Source of the DNA: a virus | Lineage: Duplodnaviria; Caudoviricetes | Reading direction: 5' to 3' (one strand) | IMG/VR virus record: IMGVR_UViG_3300031519_004880 | Coordinates: 26,017 to 90,016 of that record | DNA: 64,000 bases | Shown here: positions 1-9,594 of the stretch, piece after piece | How the letters are laid out: every line of letters starts with the position of its first letter | Numbering within the stretch: the stretch's first letter is position 1 | Position numbers and translations under genes: made by a program | Notes under the pieces: generated by a model | What the model was told of the DNA's origin: nothing | Database searches by the model: none | What the model saw: the letters and a program-made list of their open reading frames with translations, nothing else

Positions 1-411
1 ACTCTTAAACAGTTAGATTGGACTTGGGTAGCAGACGAATGTCCTGTCACTAAGAAGTTTTTAACTGATGTTTGGCCAGCAGAGTTTTTAAATCGTGTAA
101 GATTTATGTTACTTGAACCAGGTGGATACATACTTCCGCATCAAGATCGCAAAGACGAAGAGAAGCGGTTAAGTGTTTGTAATATTAGTTTGAATAATCC
201 AGAAGGTTGTAACTTTATTTTTAAGGATCACGGCAGAGTTCCGTTTGAAGACACCGGTAGTGCTTTCTTAATGGATATATCAAACGTACATGCAGTATAT
301 AATAACAGTGACAAGCCACGTATTCATATGATTATACATTATGAACTAGGTAGACGTGTTAGAGATTTCTTTTACGTTCTACGTCAGAGCTATTTTACGA
401 ACCAAGGATAA
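1..411 (+). CDS. AspH/Asp-Arg-hydroxylase-type 2OG-Fe(II) oxygenase, 5' partial
   Basis: Frame is open from base 1 (TLKQLDW...RVRFMLLEPGG). HxD motif in PHQD, distal His in HAVYN, Arg in RIH. Confidence 0.8.
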   Translation, partial: TLKQLDWTWVADECPVTKKFLTDVWPAEFLNRVRFMLLEPGGYILPHQDRKDEEKRLSVCNISLNNPEGCNFIFKDHGRVPFEDTGSAFLMDISNVHAVYNNSDKPRIHMIIHYELGRRVRDFFYVLRQSYFTNQG

Positions 412-412
412 T

Positions 413-1882
413 ATGAAAGACTGGAATAGCATAACTGTTGATAGGTACTATGAAAACCTAAGCATTGAAAACAACGTAGGTGTTGGTATACTAGACATCT
501 CAAGAGATATTACAAATTCAACAGTACAGAAACGCACATTTGATATGACATACTTTTATATTAATCGTATGATTAAAATGGGCATGTGTAGTTACGTTGG
601 ATTTCACAATCGTGTAGAAACAATACTTGAAGAAGCATTAAGTGCAGACAAAGAGTTTGCAATGGTAGCATGTCAAGGGTTGTTATTACATAGAGGCCCA
701 AGTTTACTACAACAAAGTGTAGAATATGCTGAAAACAATCCGCAGTTCTTTGTAGTTGGCCATATCATGGACAAAACAAAACAACATTACATGACCAAAG
801 GTGCTTATCCTGGATTACACAGGCAATATCTTTTTGTAAATTTAGCCAAGTGGGTTGAACTTGGTAAACCACCGTTTGATGAAATAGGAGTCTTTTGGGA
901 TAGAAAGCCTGAACTACAAAATTATCAAATGAGTAAAGATTCTATTCACAGTACTTACACACCCAAGTGGGTTATTAATAACAAAGGAACAACAAAGTAT
1001 GATACGACCAGTGATGGCAGTAATTGGATTGACATCGCTATGCGTAATAACATACGTATTGACAATTTAGATAATGATATGCGAGCTTGTAAGGTATTTT
1101 TATATCCATACATTGACTCGGATCTACTTGGAAAGATTTGGTACAACAAACAATCACCTTTAGTAGACGATTTAACTAACCAAAGCCAACGTGCTTGGAT
1201 TAGAAAACAAGCATATCAAGAAGAAATAGAAAAGAACCGTGTGTATGCGTTTAACACAGAAACGTTAAGTAGTGAAGGTGTTAGAACTAATGGAAACCAA
1301 ATTGACCATTTGTTTTCAGCATCAGCAGGATTTAAACCCCTTGCAATATTAAATGCAAACGGATTTCACAGTGGTACAACGGTACATTACTTTGATTGGT
1401 GTGAAGCAAGTTTAAACTATAAGAAACATTTACTTGAAACGTGGGACGGCTATGACTTAGACAAGTGGTTGCTTGAACATGATTTAGATTATAACTTTAG
1501 TTCTACGTATAGGGGAACTTATAAAAAGTTCTGGGAACAAGAATTAAGAGAGTTTGGTGGATCGTTAGCATTTCAAAGGTTGTGGGATAGATACAGAAAC
1601 CTAAAACATGAGTTTCATGTAATTGACCTTGTGTATGACAACACTAAACTGTTTGACATTATTAATAGCGTATATGGTACTAAAGTATTATGGACTACTA
1701 ATATTTGGTCAAGTGAAATGCTTCATTGGAATGTAGAGCCTGAAGAGTTAGAACAGCAATGGTTAAAATTTGAACAGCAAATACCTGACGATCTTGTACT
1801 ATACGGACACGACTATGTTGCAGTTGACATGAATTCTAGAGTACGCAATGGCGTACAGTTGACTCACCCGAGGTACGCCTAA
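413..1882 (+). CDS. Hypothetical 489-aa protein, probably two domains
   Basis: Long ORF. The ATG at 413 directly follows the upstream stop. No diagnostic motif recognised. Confidence 0.6.
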   Translation: MKDWNSITVDRYYENLSIENNVGVGILDISRDITNSTVQKRTFDMTYFYINRMIKMGMCSYVGFHNRVETILEEALSADKEFAMVACQGLLLHRGPSLLQQSVEYAENNPQFFVVGHIMDKTKQHYMTKGAYPGLHRQYLFVNLAKWVELGKPPFDEIGVFWDRKPELQNYQMSKDSIHSTYTPKWVINNKGTTKYDTTSDGSNWIDIAMRNNIRIDNLDNDMRACKVFLYPYIDSDLLGKIWYNKQSPLVDDLTNQSQRAWIRKQAYQEEIEKNRVYAFNTETLSSEGVRTNGNQIDHLFSASAGFKPLAILNANGFHSGTTVHYFDWCEASLNYKKHLLETWDGYDLDKWLLEHDLDYNFSSTYRGTYKKFWEQELREFGGSLAFQRLWDRYRNLKHEFHVIDLVYDNTKLFDIINSVYGTKVLWTTNIWSSEMLHWNVEPEELEQQWLKFEQQIPDDLVLYGHDYVAVDMNSRVRNGVQLTHPRYA

Positions 1883-2529
1883 TGGAAATGAAGCGTTATA
1901 TAGAAAAGCATGACGAAGCTAACTTAGGTTGGGCAGTTAAAAAACTATTCAAAGTTGACATTGATAAATTACGTACTTGGTATGATAATTTAGAAAACAA
2001 CTATAGTGATTGGAAGTTTGTTATAGGCGAACAACACCACATATGGCAATTTCCTATTAGCGATCCTGAAGCAAAGACAGGACATCGTCTAATGGACGAC
2101 ACAGCATACTATACACTATGTTGGAACAGCGATGAAACAGGACCTAAGCCATTTGAACAAGGGTGTGCAAAGCCAGAGTATCGAGATGATGACAACGATC
2201 AACTTAACCCTAGACAATGTTTTAGTGGCTATGCACTAGACGTTGTAAACAGTTTACCTATGCGTAGTAAAAAATGGTTAGTAACAATTCATACACCAGG
2301 CACTAAACTAATTACACACCAAGACGCTCCAGATAAACTTCGTGTACATATTCCTATACACACTAATGCAGATAGTAATTGGATTATTGCAGGAGAAGAA
2401 TATCATATGGAACCAGGCTGGGCATATGTTGTTAACACAACTATTCCACACAGCGTAGAAAACAAAGGTACAACAGACAGGATACATTTATATGGAAAGA
2501 TTTGGACAGATGATTGCCGTAAGTTATAG
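1882..2529 (+). CDS. AspH-type 2OG-Fe(II) oxygenase
   Basis: THQD, RVHIPI, PHSVEN and DRIHL motifs. Confidence 0.8.
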   Translation: MEMKRYIEKHDEANLGWAVKKLFKVDIDKLRTWYDNLENNYSDWKFVIGEQHHIWQFPISDPEAKTGHRLMDDTAYYTLCWNSDETGPKPFEQGCAKPEYRDDDNDQLNPRQCFSGYALDVVNSLPMRSKKWLVTIHTPGTKLITHQDAPDKLRVHIPIHTNADSNWIIAGEEYHMEPGWAYVVNTTIPHSVENKGTTDRIHLYGKIWTDDCRKL

Positions 2530-2938
2530 TAAAAAAGACTTTGTATCTAAAATGCAAAGCGAAAACATCACCGATACAACAGTTGAAGATACTAATGACT
2601 ATTACATATGTATTGATTCAACTGGCGGCCCAGACAGCGAACCATACTTTACTCAATTTCATCCTAACGTATTAAGTTTATGTTTTGATGATGTTAGTGA
2701 AGATCAAACTAACTGGGGTGAAGATATAAAAGCATACTACACAGCCGTTGCACCAACACTAACACAAATTCGACATATTTCATATTTCCTTAAAGAAGCA
2801 GTTGGGACAATACATGTACATTGTATGAAAGGCGAGTCACGTAGTAAAGCCGTTGCAGATTATGTAAATAACACTAGAATTAAACACGATGGAAAGTTTG
2901 CGTACAACATCATAAGGGATATACTAGATGAGCTTTAA
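2510..2938 (+). CDS. Protein tyrosine/dual-specificity phosphatase-like protein
   Basis: CX5R P-loop HVHCMKGESRS. Start at ATG 2510 preferred over 2492. Confidence 0.7.
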   Translation: MIAVSYSKKDFVSKMQSENITDTTVEDTNDYYICIDSTGGPDSEPYFTQFHPNVLSLCFDDVSEDQTNWGEDIKAYYTAVAPTLTQIRHISYFLKEAVGTIHVHCMKGESRSKAVADYVNNTRIKHDGKFAYNIIRDILDEL

Positions 2939-3479
2939 TGTAAAAGAAATAACAATCCCTATAGAGTATACTGACTTTAGAAGTTATTATATAAATGTAT
3001 GCACTAACTATCCCCACCTTAAGTTTACTAATGTACAAGATACTGTTGACTCAGAAAAGCACATCATCGACGGCGTGTATGGTTGGGGAATACAAAGTAA
3101 TTTAGAAGATCTCACTGTACCTTGTCCGCCTTGGAACGTACACAAAGCAAGAAGCGACAATTATAGAGATACTGAATTATCATTTGGAATTATTAAAAAG
3201 TTAAAAGCGTTATTTCCTGAAGCAAGGCAGTTTAGTTTAAGCGGACATCCACCAGGCACAATTATTCAACAACACACTGATACTGATAGATATCTTAAAG
3301 TACATATTCCAATCATAGCAAATGCAGAATCGTTCTTTGAGTTTGGTACTAAAAGGTATTGCTTAAAAGTAGGAAAAGCATATCTAATAAATACTACTAG
3401 GTTACACGGAACTAATAATAAAGGTTCTACAGATAGAGTACATTTATTTTTTAAAGTACCGGCAAAGAATTATATATGA
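2928..3479 (+). CDS. AspH-type 2OG-Fe(II) oxygenase
   Basis: QHTD, KVHIPI, LHGTNN and DRVHL motifs. Confidence 0.8.
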   Translation: MSFNVKEITIPIEYTDFRSYYINVCTNYPHLKFTNVQDTVDSEKHIIDGVYGWGIQSNLEDLTVPCPPWNVHKARSDNYRDTELSFGIIKKLKALFPEARQFSLSGHPPGTIIQQHTDTDRYLKVHIPIIANAESFFEFGTKRYCLKVGKAYLINTTRLHGTNNKGSTDRVHLFFKVPAKNYI

Positions 3480-4204
3480 GACACTTACAAGCTAAACATA
3501 TAACAGATGTCGATACGTTGTTTGATAGTCTCGAATGGGATATAATCGAGCTAGACTTTTCTATTGATTCAGATAGTCTACAACACTACTATACACAACT
3601 CAAAGAACAACTATCTCATTTGCAGTTTAGCTTTACTTCTAAAGAATATCTTAGACCAGACATATACGAAACATTTAAAAAAGATAATCGTGTAGGTAAT
3701 TATCTTGGAAACATTCAAGGATGGAGTGTTAGCTGGCCTATAGAACGAGATGTACCTTGTCCGAGTAAATCACAAGCTAATATTGACATGTATCCTGAGT
3801 TACAAGATTTAGATGAAGCAAAGTTCTATTACGATTGTGTACCAATGAAAGTTTATAAGTTTGGTATTTTAAACAGCATGATAGAAACGCTAACCTTACC
3901 AGCTCTAAGACAAATGCTAATAGCATTGCACCCACCAGGATTAAAAGTTGATACACATACTGACGGAAAGACGAGGAAACTACATGTACCATTTTATACT
4001 AATAAAGATGCAGTCTTTACATTTGGTGAAAACAGAGAACGCAAATACCATATGGAATTGGGCAAAGGATATATAATTAATACTCTAGTTCCGCATGGAA
4101 CAGAAAATAACGGAAATACTGAAAGAGTACACTTATTGTCTAGAGTTGACGATTCGTTTATGCATTCACTATTATCCTTAAACTGCAATATAGCAGATAA
4201 ATAA
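3476..4204 (+). CDS. AspH-type 2OG-Fe(II) oxygenase
   Basis: THTD, KLHVP, PHGTEN and ERVHL motifs. Confidence 0.8.
   Translation: MRHLQAKHITDVDTLFDSLEWDIIELDFSIDSDSLQHYYTQLKEQLSHLQFSFTSKEYLRPDIYETFKKDNRVGNYLGNIQGWSVSWPIERDVPCPSKSQANIDMYPELQDLDEAKFYYDCVPMKVYKFGILNSMIETLTLPALRQMLIALHPPGLKVDTHTDGKTRKLHVPFYTNKDAVFTFGENRERKYHMELGKGYIINTLVPHGTENNGNTERVHLLSRVDDSFMHSLLSLNCNIADK
4196..4203 (+). promoter_or_regulatory. Late-promoter-like motif GATAAATA
   Basis: About 20 nt upstream of ATG 4223, with RBS AGGAG in between. Resembles the T4 late promoter TATAAATA. Confidence 0.55.
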
Positions 4205-4222
4205 CAGTAACAGGAGATAATA

Positions 4223-5467
4223 ATGAGCAACACATATTTTACACAGGTATTAGACGAACCATATCACTTAGGAAATGGCGAATTTTTGTCAGTAATTACT
4301 AATGGTAAGGCACGTCACGAAGGCGAAGAAACAAGAGATTTTAACAAAGACGCAGGAGCAAGAGCAGGATTACTTAGAATAAACGCTGATAAAACTACGT
4401 TTGTAGACTTTTTTGATAAAAGCGATAACGGTGATAGATATCGTGGTGTTGCAGTAGTAGGTAATACAGCATATGTAATGCGTACACAAAAAGACAAAGT
4501 AGATAGCATCATTAGAGTTGCGGCAGTAGATTTAACAACTAATGAAGTTACAATGATTGAAGAAAAAGGTGTAAACGTACACGGCTCAGAAACTCCTAAA
4601 ACATTCTGTGGACACTTTAACTTTGGTCGACCAATTACAGTTGGTACTAAAATTATTTACCCACCGGTTATGAGTGGAATGATTATTGTGTTTGATACTG
4701 TTGCTAATACATTTACTGTACATGAAACCGGAGAGAAGTTTGCTTCTATCCATAGTGTGTATGTGGAATCATTAAATGAAGTTGTGTTTTTTCCATATGG
4801 TAAAACAACTGATATGTTGATAACATTAGATCTTGAAACAAACAAAATTACACCACACACAGCACCAACTAAAGGTGCATTTTATCATGTCAACACTAAC
4901 GGCAACAAAGCAGTTGGTGCTCCATTAATTATGGATGAAACTACAGAGTTTAACTTCTGGGTATACGATGGTGATACTGTTAAGTCAGTTGCTTATGATT
5001 CGTCTAGTACAGATGACATGGGCGGACAGATGGGTTTCAAATACGGAACTATGAATGGTAACACACTATTAACACATACTTGTTGGGAAGGCTGTAAAGA
5101 GTTTGTATCATTAAACTTAGATACACTTGCTATTGATAGCTTTGAAACTAATGAGTCACTAGGTAGTAAGCCAGTTATTAATGCTGGAGACGTTTACTTG
5201 TTTCCGTCAATACAAAACCCAAGCATGGTAAATCCAACAACTAAAGTTTTTAAAGTTGAAGGCAATGCAATTAATGAAGTTATGGACTTAGGTACTGCAA
5301 ACATTACTTCAGGATCAATTAACGATACTGATAGTGTTACAATGTTAGCACCTTACAAGTTTGATCTTAGTGATGCTGGCCTTGCTGGTGATATGTCTAT
5401 TGTAGACCTTGATGCTAAAACTTCCAAACTTGTTCCTGTTAGTCTAAGTTTAGAAACTTATAATTAA
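4223..5467 (+). CDS. Putative beta-propeller protein
   Basis: Repeated short beta-strand/turn pattern such as VDLTTNEVT, VFDTVANTFT, LDLETNKIT and LNLDTLAID. Confidence 0.5.
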   Translation: MSNTYFTQVLDEPYHLGNGEFLSVITNGKARHEGEETRDFNKDAGARAGLLRINADKTTFVDFFDKSDNGDRYRGVAVVGNTAYVMRTQKDKVDSIIRVAAVDLTTNEVTMIEEKGVNVHGSETPKTFCGHFNFGRPITVGTKIIYPPVMSGMIIVFDTVANTFTVHETGEKFASIHSVYVESLNEVVFFPYGKTTDMLITLDLETNKITPHTAPTKGAFYHVNTNGNKAVGAPLIMDETTEFNFWVYDGDTVKSVAYDSSSTDDMGGQMGFKYGTMNGNTLLTHTCWEGCKEFVSLNLDTLAIDSFETNESLGSKPVINAGDVYLFPSIQNPSMVNPTTKVFKVEGNAINEVMDLGTANITSGSINDTDSVTMLAPYKFDLSDAGLAGDMSIVDLDAKTSKLVPVSLSLETYN

Positions 5468-5479
5468 TAGGGTTAGCCT

Positions 5480-6664
5480 ATGAAAATTAATATTGTAGGT
5501 GGTGGAAGTGCAGGATGGCTAACTGCCGCATATCTTGCAACAAAAACTGATCACAACGTGACAGTAATAGAAAGTCCTAATATTCCTATTGTTGGAGTAG
5601 GGGAAAGCACTATTCCTAGTATTTCAACCTTCTTAGATGAAATCGGTGTTACTGAACAAGATCTATTTGAAGGATGCGGAGCAGTTCGTAAATATACAAT
5701 CCAACACAATAACTGGAATGGTGAAAACGAATCATGGTATCACCATTTTTGTTTTGATGAAACAGAACACGACGAACAGTTAAAATGGATGAAGGATTAT
5801 ATTAAGCCTGATAAAGAATGGCGTTGGGCATACCACTTAGATGCAACTCGCTTAGGTAATGTTATTCGTGATAAATCTGCTATTCCTAACGGTGTTAAAC
5901 ATATAAGCGATACAGTTGTATCTGTTGACACTGATGATAACGGTATTACAGGTATAAAATGCGAAAACGGATATTATACGGCAGATCTATATATTGATTG
6001 TACAGGATTTAAAAGTTTACTTAGAGGTAAACTAGGTGTTGAATATAAAAAACATAAAGCATTAATCAATGATTATGCAGTATGTGGACCAGGAGCATAT
6101 TTAGAAGGCGAACAACCATTACCATATACACAAACTTTTAGTATGGACTACGGTTGGCGTTGGCGTGTAAGCATACAAGAACGCACAGGTAACGGATATG
6201 CATTTAATTCTAAGATGATTAATGTTGAAGATGCTAAAAAAGAATTTATTGCAAAAACACCTGGTATTAAAAAAGATAAAGTTTTTGTAGTTCCTATTAA
6301 AAACAGTTATAATCCAGAACCTTGGAAAAAGAATGTATTAAGTTTAGGACTAAGTTGCGGATTTTTAGAACCTCTTGAAGCAACAGGTTTGTTTTTAGTA
6401 CACGGTCCTGTAATGATGTTAGAAAAACTTTTAGATGATCCTAAAGGAAGCAAAAAGTTTAATCGAGTATGGACTGCACTATACGAACACTTAGCAGATT
6501 TCTTATCAATGCATTATAAGACTAGCAAATTAGATCATACAGAGTACTGGAAAAGTTTTGATAAAGTTAACAATGTTAAATTGCCTGCAACAAAACAGGT
6601 GTTATTTTGCAAATATAGTTTTAGAACTTTAGCGAATGCTCGCGAGCTTCCGTATACTTCATAA
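5480..6664 (+). CDS. Flavin-dependent tryptophan-halogenase-like protein
   Basis: GGGSAGW, GVGESTIP, Lys equivalent to PrnA K79 in AVRKY, YIDCTGF, GWRWRVS and GFLEPLEATG. Confidence 0.85.
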   Translation: MKINIVGGGSAGWLTAAYLATKTDHNVTVIESPNIPIVGVGESTIPSISTFLDEIGVTEQDLFEGCGAVRKYTIQHNNWNGENESWYHHFCFDETEHDEQLKWMKDYIKPDKEWRWAYHLDATRLGNVIRDKSAIPNGVKHISDTVVSVDTDDNGITGIKCENGYYTADLYIDCTGFKSLLRGKLGVEYKKHKALINDYAVCGPGAYLEGEQPLPYTQTFSMDYGWRWRVSIQERTGNGYAFNSKMINVEDAKKEFIAKTPGIKKDKVFVVPIKNSYNPEPWKKNVLSLGLSCGFLEPLEATGLFLVHGPVMMLEKLLDDPKGSKKFNRVWTALYEHLADFLSMHYKTSKLDHTEYWKSFDKVNNVKLPATKQVLFCKYSFRTLANARELPYTS

Positions 6665-7151
6665 CATCAATACGCCACAAATTCTGTGGAACATTATACA
6701 ACATTATCTCTTTTTCAAGAGTCCATATACCACGTTTTGCTAATAGTGGCATCATAACATCGTTCATGCGTTTACTTTTGCCGCCATCGTCATTTATATT
6801 AGTACTAATGTAAAGTTCGGCATTAGGGTTTTGTTCTAACGCCCATTTAATTTGTAAATATAATAACTGGCTTAATTGTATTCCTGTTTTAAAAATATCT
6901 CTACCTGTGCCTAGTGTATACCCAGGAAGTTGAGCTCCGCGGAATAAACATCTATATGCATCTGGACTAACTTCAGGAAGTTCGTGTGTACCAGCAATAC
7001 TAACAATTTTATTATCAACTAGAGCCGCAGTCCATAACGGACAGCTATTCCATTTCATTTTTTCAAGTGAGGTGTTATTACTGTACTGTTGTGAGTTGCA
7101 AAATTCTTGAACAAGAGGTGTGTCGTCTTTGGTTAGTAATCTAAAACGCAT
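6621..7151 (-). CDS. GNAT-fold acyltransferase-like protein
   Basis: GNAT-like strand order (WTAALVDNKIVSIAG...YRCLFRGAQLPGY). Coupled to the upstream adenylation gene. Confidence 0.4.
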   Translation of the reverse strand: MRFRLLTKDDTPLVQEFCNSQQYSNNTSLEKMKWNSCPLWTAALVDNKIVSIAGTHELPEVSPDAYRCLFRGAQLPGYTLGTGRDIFKTGIQLSQLLYLQIKWALEQNPNAELYISTNINDDGGKSKRMNDVMMPLLAKRGIWTLEKEIMLYNVPQNLWRIDVMKYTEAREHSLKF

Positions 7152-7809
7152 TTTTCCAAGTACGTCCTTTTGCTGTCTTTACTCTATGTGAAAATGTTTT
7201 AGTTTCCATATCAAATATATCACCTGTAGAGCGACCGTTAATAATACATTCGCCTAACTTAGAAGTAGCAGTTAACGGATTAAACATTACATGCGTATCC
7301 ATTGTGTTAATAGTATTAAAGTCAAAATTAGGACTATCATACCCAATCATTACCGGCGGTGGAAATTCAGTCATGCCATACCAATTAGCTACAACTTGTA
7401 CACCACGTTCTTTAAACGCATCAATAAAACTTTGTTCTACTTTATTTGAACCTGTAGCCATGTAACGTACACAACTCATATCTAAGTCTTTAAATCCCTT
7501 TGTGTGTTGTAGTAGTTCTAAGTGACGCGGTATTAACGCTATAAACGTCGGTTTAACGCTATTAAAAAGCTCAGGGTAGGTGTGAGCATTAAATGCTGTA
7601 CAAACGTACTGTGCGCCGCTTATATAAGCTGGCAGAGCGGTTATAGTGTAGTGTGCTATAGTGTTTGCAGGAAACACATCAAGTACTATATCGTCTTTAG
7701 TTAGACCAATTTCGTCAACACTTTTTTGGGCACAACGATTAATGTACGACCATTTGTGCGATACAATCTTAGGTTCGTCTGTACTTCCAGATGTGAATAG
7801 CGTAAGCAT
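7141..7809 (-). CDS. Truncated AMP-binding (ANL adenylation) enzyme
   Basis: TSGSTDEPK P-loop, WYGMTE and TGD core motifs in only 222 aa. Confidence 0.75.
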   Translation of the reverse strand: MLTLFTSGSTDEPKIVSHKWSYINRCAQKSVDEIGLTKDDIVLDVFPANTIAHYTITALPAYISGAQYVCTAFNAHTYPELFNSVKPTFIALIPRHLELLQHTKGFKDLDMSCVRYMATGSNKVEQSFIDAFKERGVQVVANWYGMTEFPPPVMIGYDSPNFDFNTINTMDTHVMFNPLTATSKLGECIINGRSTGDIFDMETKTFSHRVKTAKGRTWKNAF

Positions 7810-7853
7810 ATACTTACTTATTTGATAATTGTTGTTATGATTCTAGTTGTGAA

Positions 7854-9227
7854 TTAAGCTATTAACTTGACCCAAGCCGCACCGTCATAGAACACAGGAT
7901 AAGGGTTACCTGAGCCTACACTAACTGGATCCCATGTTGCTCTGTCAGCAACTGCAATCATACCTAGTGTTGGTGTGTTTGGTTCTGTGGCTAGTGATTT
8001 TAATTTTGCAAAACCATTAACGTCTAATGTAGCTAGAGGCACATATGAAATAGTATTAGCAATAGCCATACTACCATTTGCTGAAATACTTGTTGCAACT
8101 AAGTCTGGTGCTGATCCTGTACCGTTGTTATTGATAAGCATTATCTTACCTTTGGCAGTATCGTTTGCCGCTGTTGTATTTGGATCAATTTGGAAAGTAA
8201 TAACACTTGCTGGAACCTGTGCATCTGTTGCCGCATCATAACTCTGAGCACTAAACGCACCTAAGTAGTCGCCTGCTGTACCCTGTACCGGAGTTTGTAT
8301 ATCACCATGTCTAGCAGTGAATGTAAATTTACTTACACCACCAAAGCTACTTTGTCCTAGAGTAACTAGATCAACTGGAGGACTACCGTCTACTGTAGTA
8401 ATTTGTAAGCCTGTACTATTTGAATCAGTAACGTCACCTACTTTAATATTAAGTCCGTTTCTAATTCTTAATGTATCACCCGTGGCATAAATTGAACCGT
8501 TATCAAGTAATACAGTTCCGCCAACACCGTCAATTAGTGCAGTACTATCGTCAGCATATACTGAGCCTGTCATGTCACCGTCAAGTATACCTTGGAACAT
8601 TGGAGCAATAACAGTACCTGTAAATGTACCTGTTCCTGCGTTAACTGATTTTAGTGCTGGGTTGTAAAAAGTTGTAGCATCGTTTGCTTTAACTGTACCT
8701 GTTAGCTCTCCTGACACTTGGACAGCGCCGGTAGCAACATTTAATAATACAGTAGAGTCATTACCAATAACGTTAGCATTAATACTAAGTGCATCAATTT
8801 GATCAGTTACAGTAAGTGTATTAAGGTGTGCGCCTGCAAACCTTTGTGTTGGAGCACCTAAACTTCTAGCACCATCAACATCTGGTATAATATCTGATTC
8901 AATTTTAGCTGATAAATTTATAGTATCAGCAGATGAATCACCAATAGTAATATTGCCGCCAATAGTTAAATTGCCGTCTGTAGTAATATTACCAGTAGCA
9001 GTAATGTTTCCTGCTATGTTTACATTACCTGTACCGTTTAAATTATAATTATTTAGATCTAAGTCAGCACCAAGAAACGTACCAGCTGTATCAACTGCTA
9101 ATCCGCCTGCTGTGGTTCCATCACCTACATACAGCTTTTTAGTATCTGTTGTATAGATCAACTCACCATCTAAGGGAGTTATAAGGCCCCTCTGGGCGTT
9201 CGTTCCTCGTCTTAATCTTAAAGCCAT
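7854..9227 (-). CDS. Tail fibre/virion protein with Mtd_N-like N-terminus
   Basis: MALRLRRGT...GELIYTTDTKKLYVGDGTTAGG N-terminus and G/T/N-rich beta repeats. A late motif lies upstream. Confidence 0.7.
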   Translation of the reverse strand: MALRLRRGTNAQRGLITPLDGELIYTTDTKKLYVGDGTTAGGLAVDTAGTFLGADLDLNNYNLNGTGNVNIAGNITATGNITTDGNLTIGGNITIGDSSADTINLSAKIESDIIPDVDGARSLGAPTQRFAGAHLNTLTVTDQIDALSINANVIGNDSTVLLNVATGAVQVSGELTGTVKANDATTFYNPALKSVNAGTGTFTGTVIAPMFQGILDGDMTGSVYADDSTALIDGVGGTVLLDNGSIYATGDTLRIRNGLNIKVGDVTDSNSTGLQITTVDGSPPVDLVTLGQSSFGGVSKFTFTARHGDIQTPVQGTAGDYLGAFSAQSYDAATDAQVPASVITFQIDPNTTAANDTAKGKIMLINNNGTGSAPDLVATSISANGSMAIANTISYVPLATLDVNGFAKLKSLATEPNTPTLGMIAVADRATWDPVSVGSGNPYPVFYDGAAWVKLIA

Positions 9228-9255
9228 TTATAGCACTCCTAGTATCTTATGTATG

Positions 9256-9263
9256 TATTTATG
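9256..9263 (-). promoter_or_regulatory. Late-promoter-like motif CATAAATA
   Basis: Upstream of the tail-fibre gene, with GGAG RBS in between. Confidence 0.5.
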
Positions 9264-9276
9264 CCATTAAGCTAAT

Positions 9277-9594
9277 TTACTTCCGCTTCTTCAAAAACTG
9301 TTTAGTACGCTTCTGCACGTCATTCTTAACACGTTCTGAATCTACTCGGAAATCAACGTTCTTGATAGCAGTACTGTATGTATCAAACAGTTCGTTAAGC
9401 GATCTTTCAACCTCTTTTAAAGGGTCTACTAAAGACTTATCTCGTATCTGAATCTCCCATTTTTTACCGTTATGGAAGTGTACAGTAATGCTTTCTACAT
9501 ATTCTAGCGGAATGGCATCGATATCAATATCTTTAAATACTTCAGGCCATTTAGCTATTACGTCTTGTGGAAGCCGCTTCTTACGACTTGCCAC
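9277..9594 (-). CDS. Hypothetical protein
   Basis: Probable GTG start at 9594 overlapping the end of the upstream gene. The ORF-track start at 9702 overlaps that gene too deeply. Confidence 0.5.
   Translation of the reverse strand: MASRKKRLPQDVIAKWPEVFKDIDIDAIPLEYVESITVHFHNGKKWEIQIRDKSLVDPLKEVERSLNELFDTYSTAIKNVDFRVDSERVKNDVQKRTKQFLKKRK

Noticed and set aside
6621-6664. 44-nt convergent overlap as antisense regulation
   Set aside because: Short tail-to-tail overlaps are common in compact phage genomes, and I saw no further signal.
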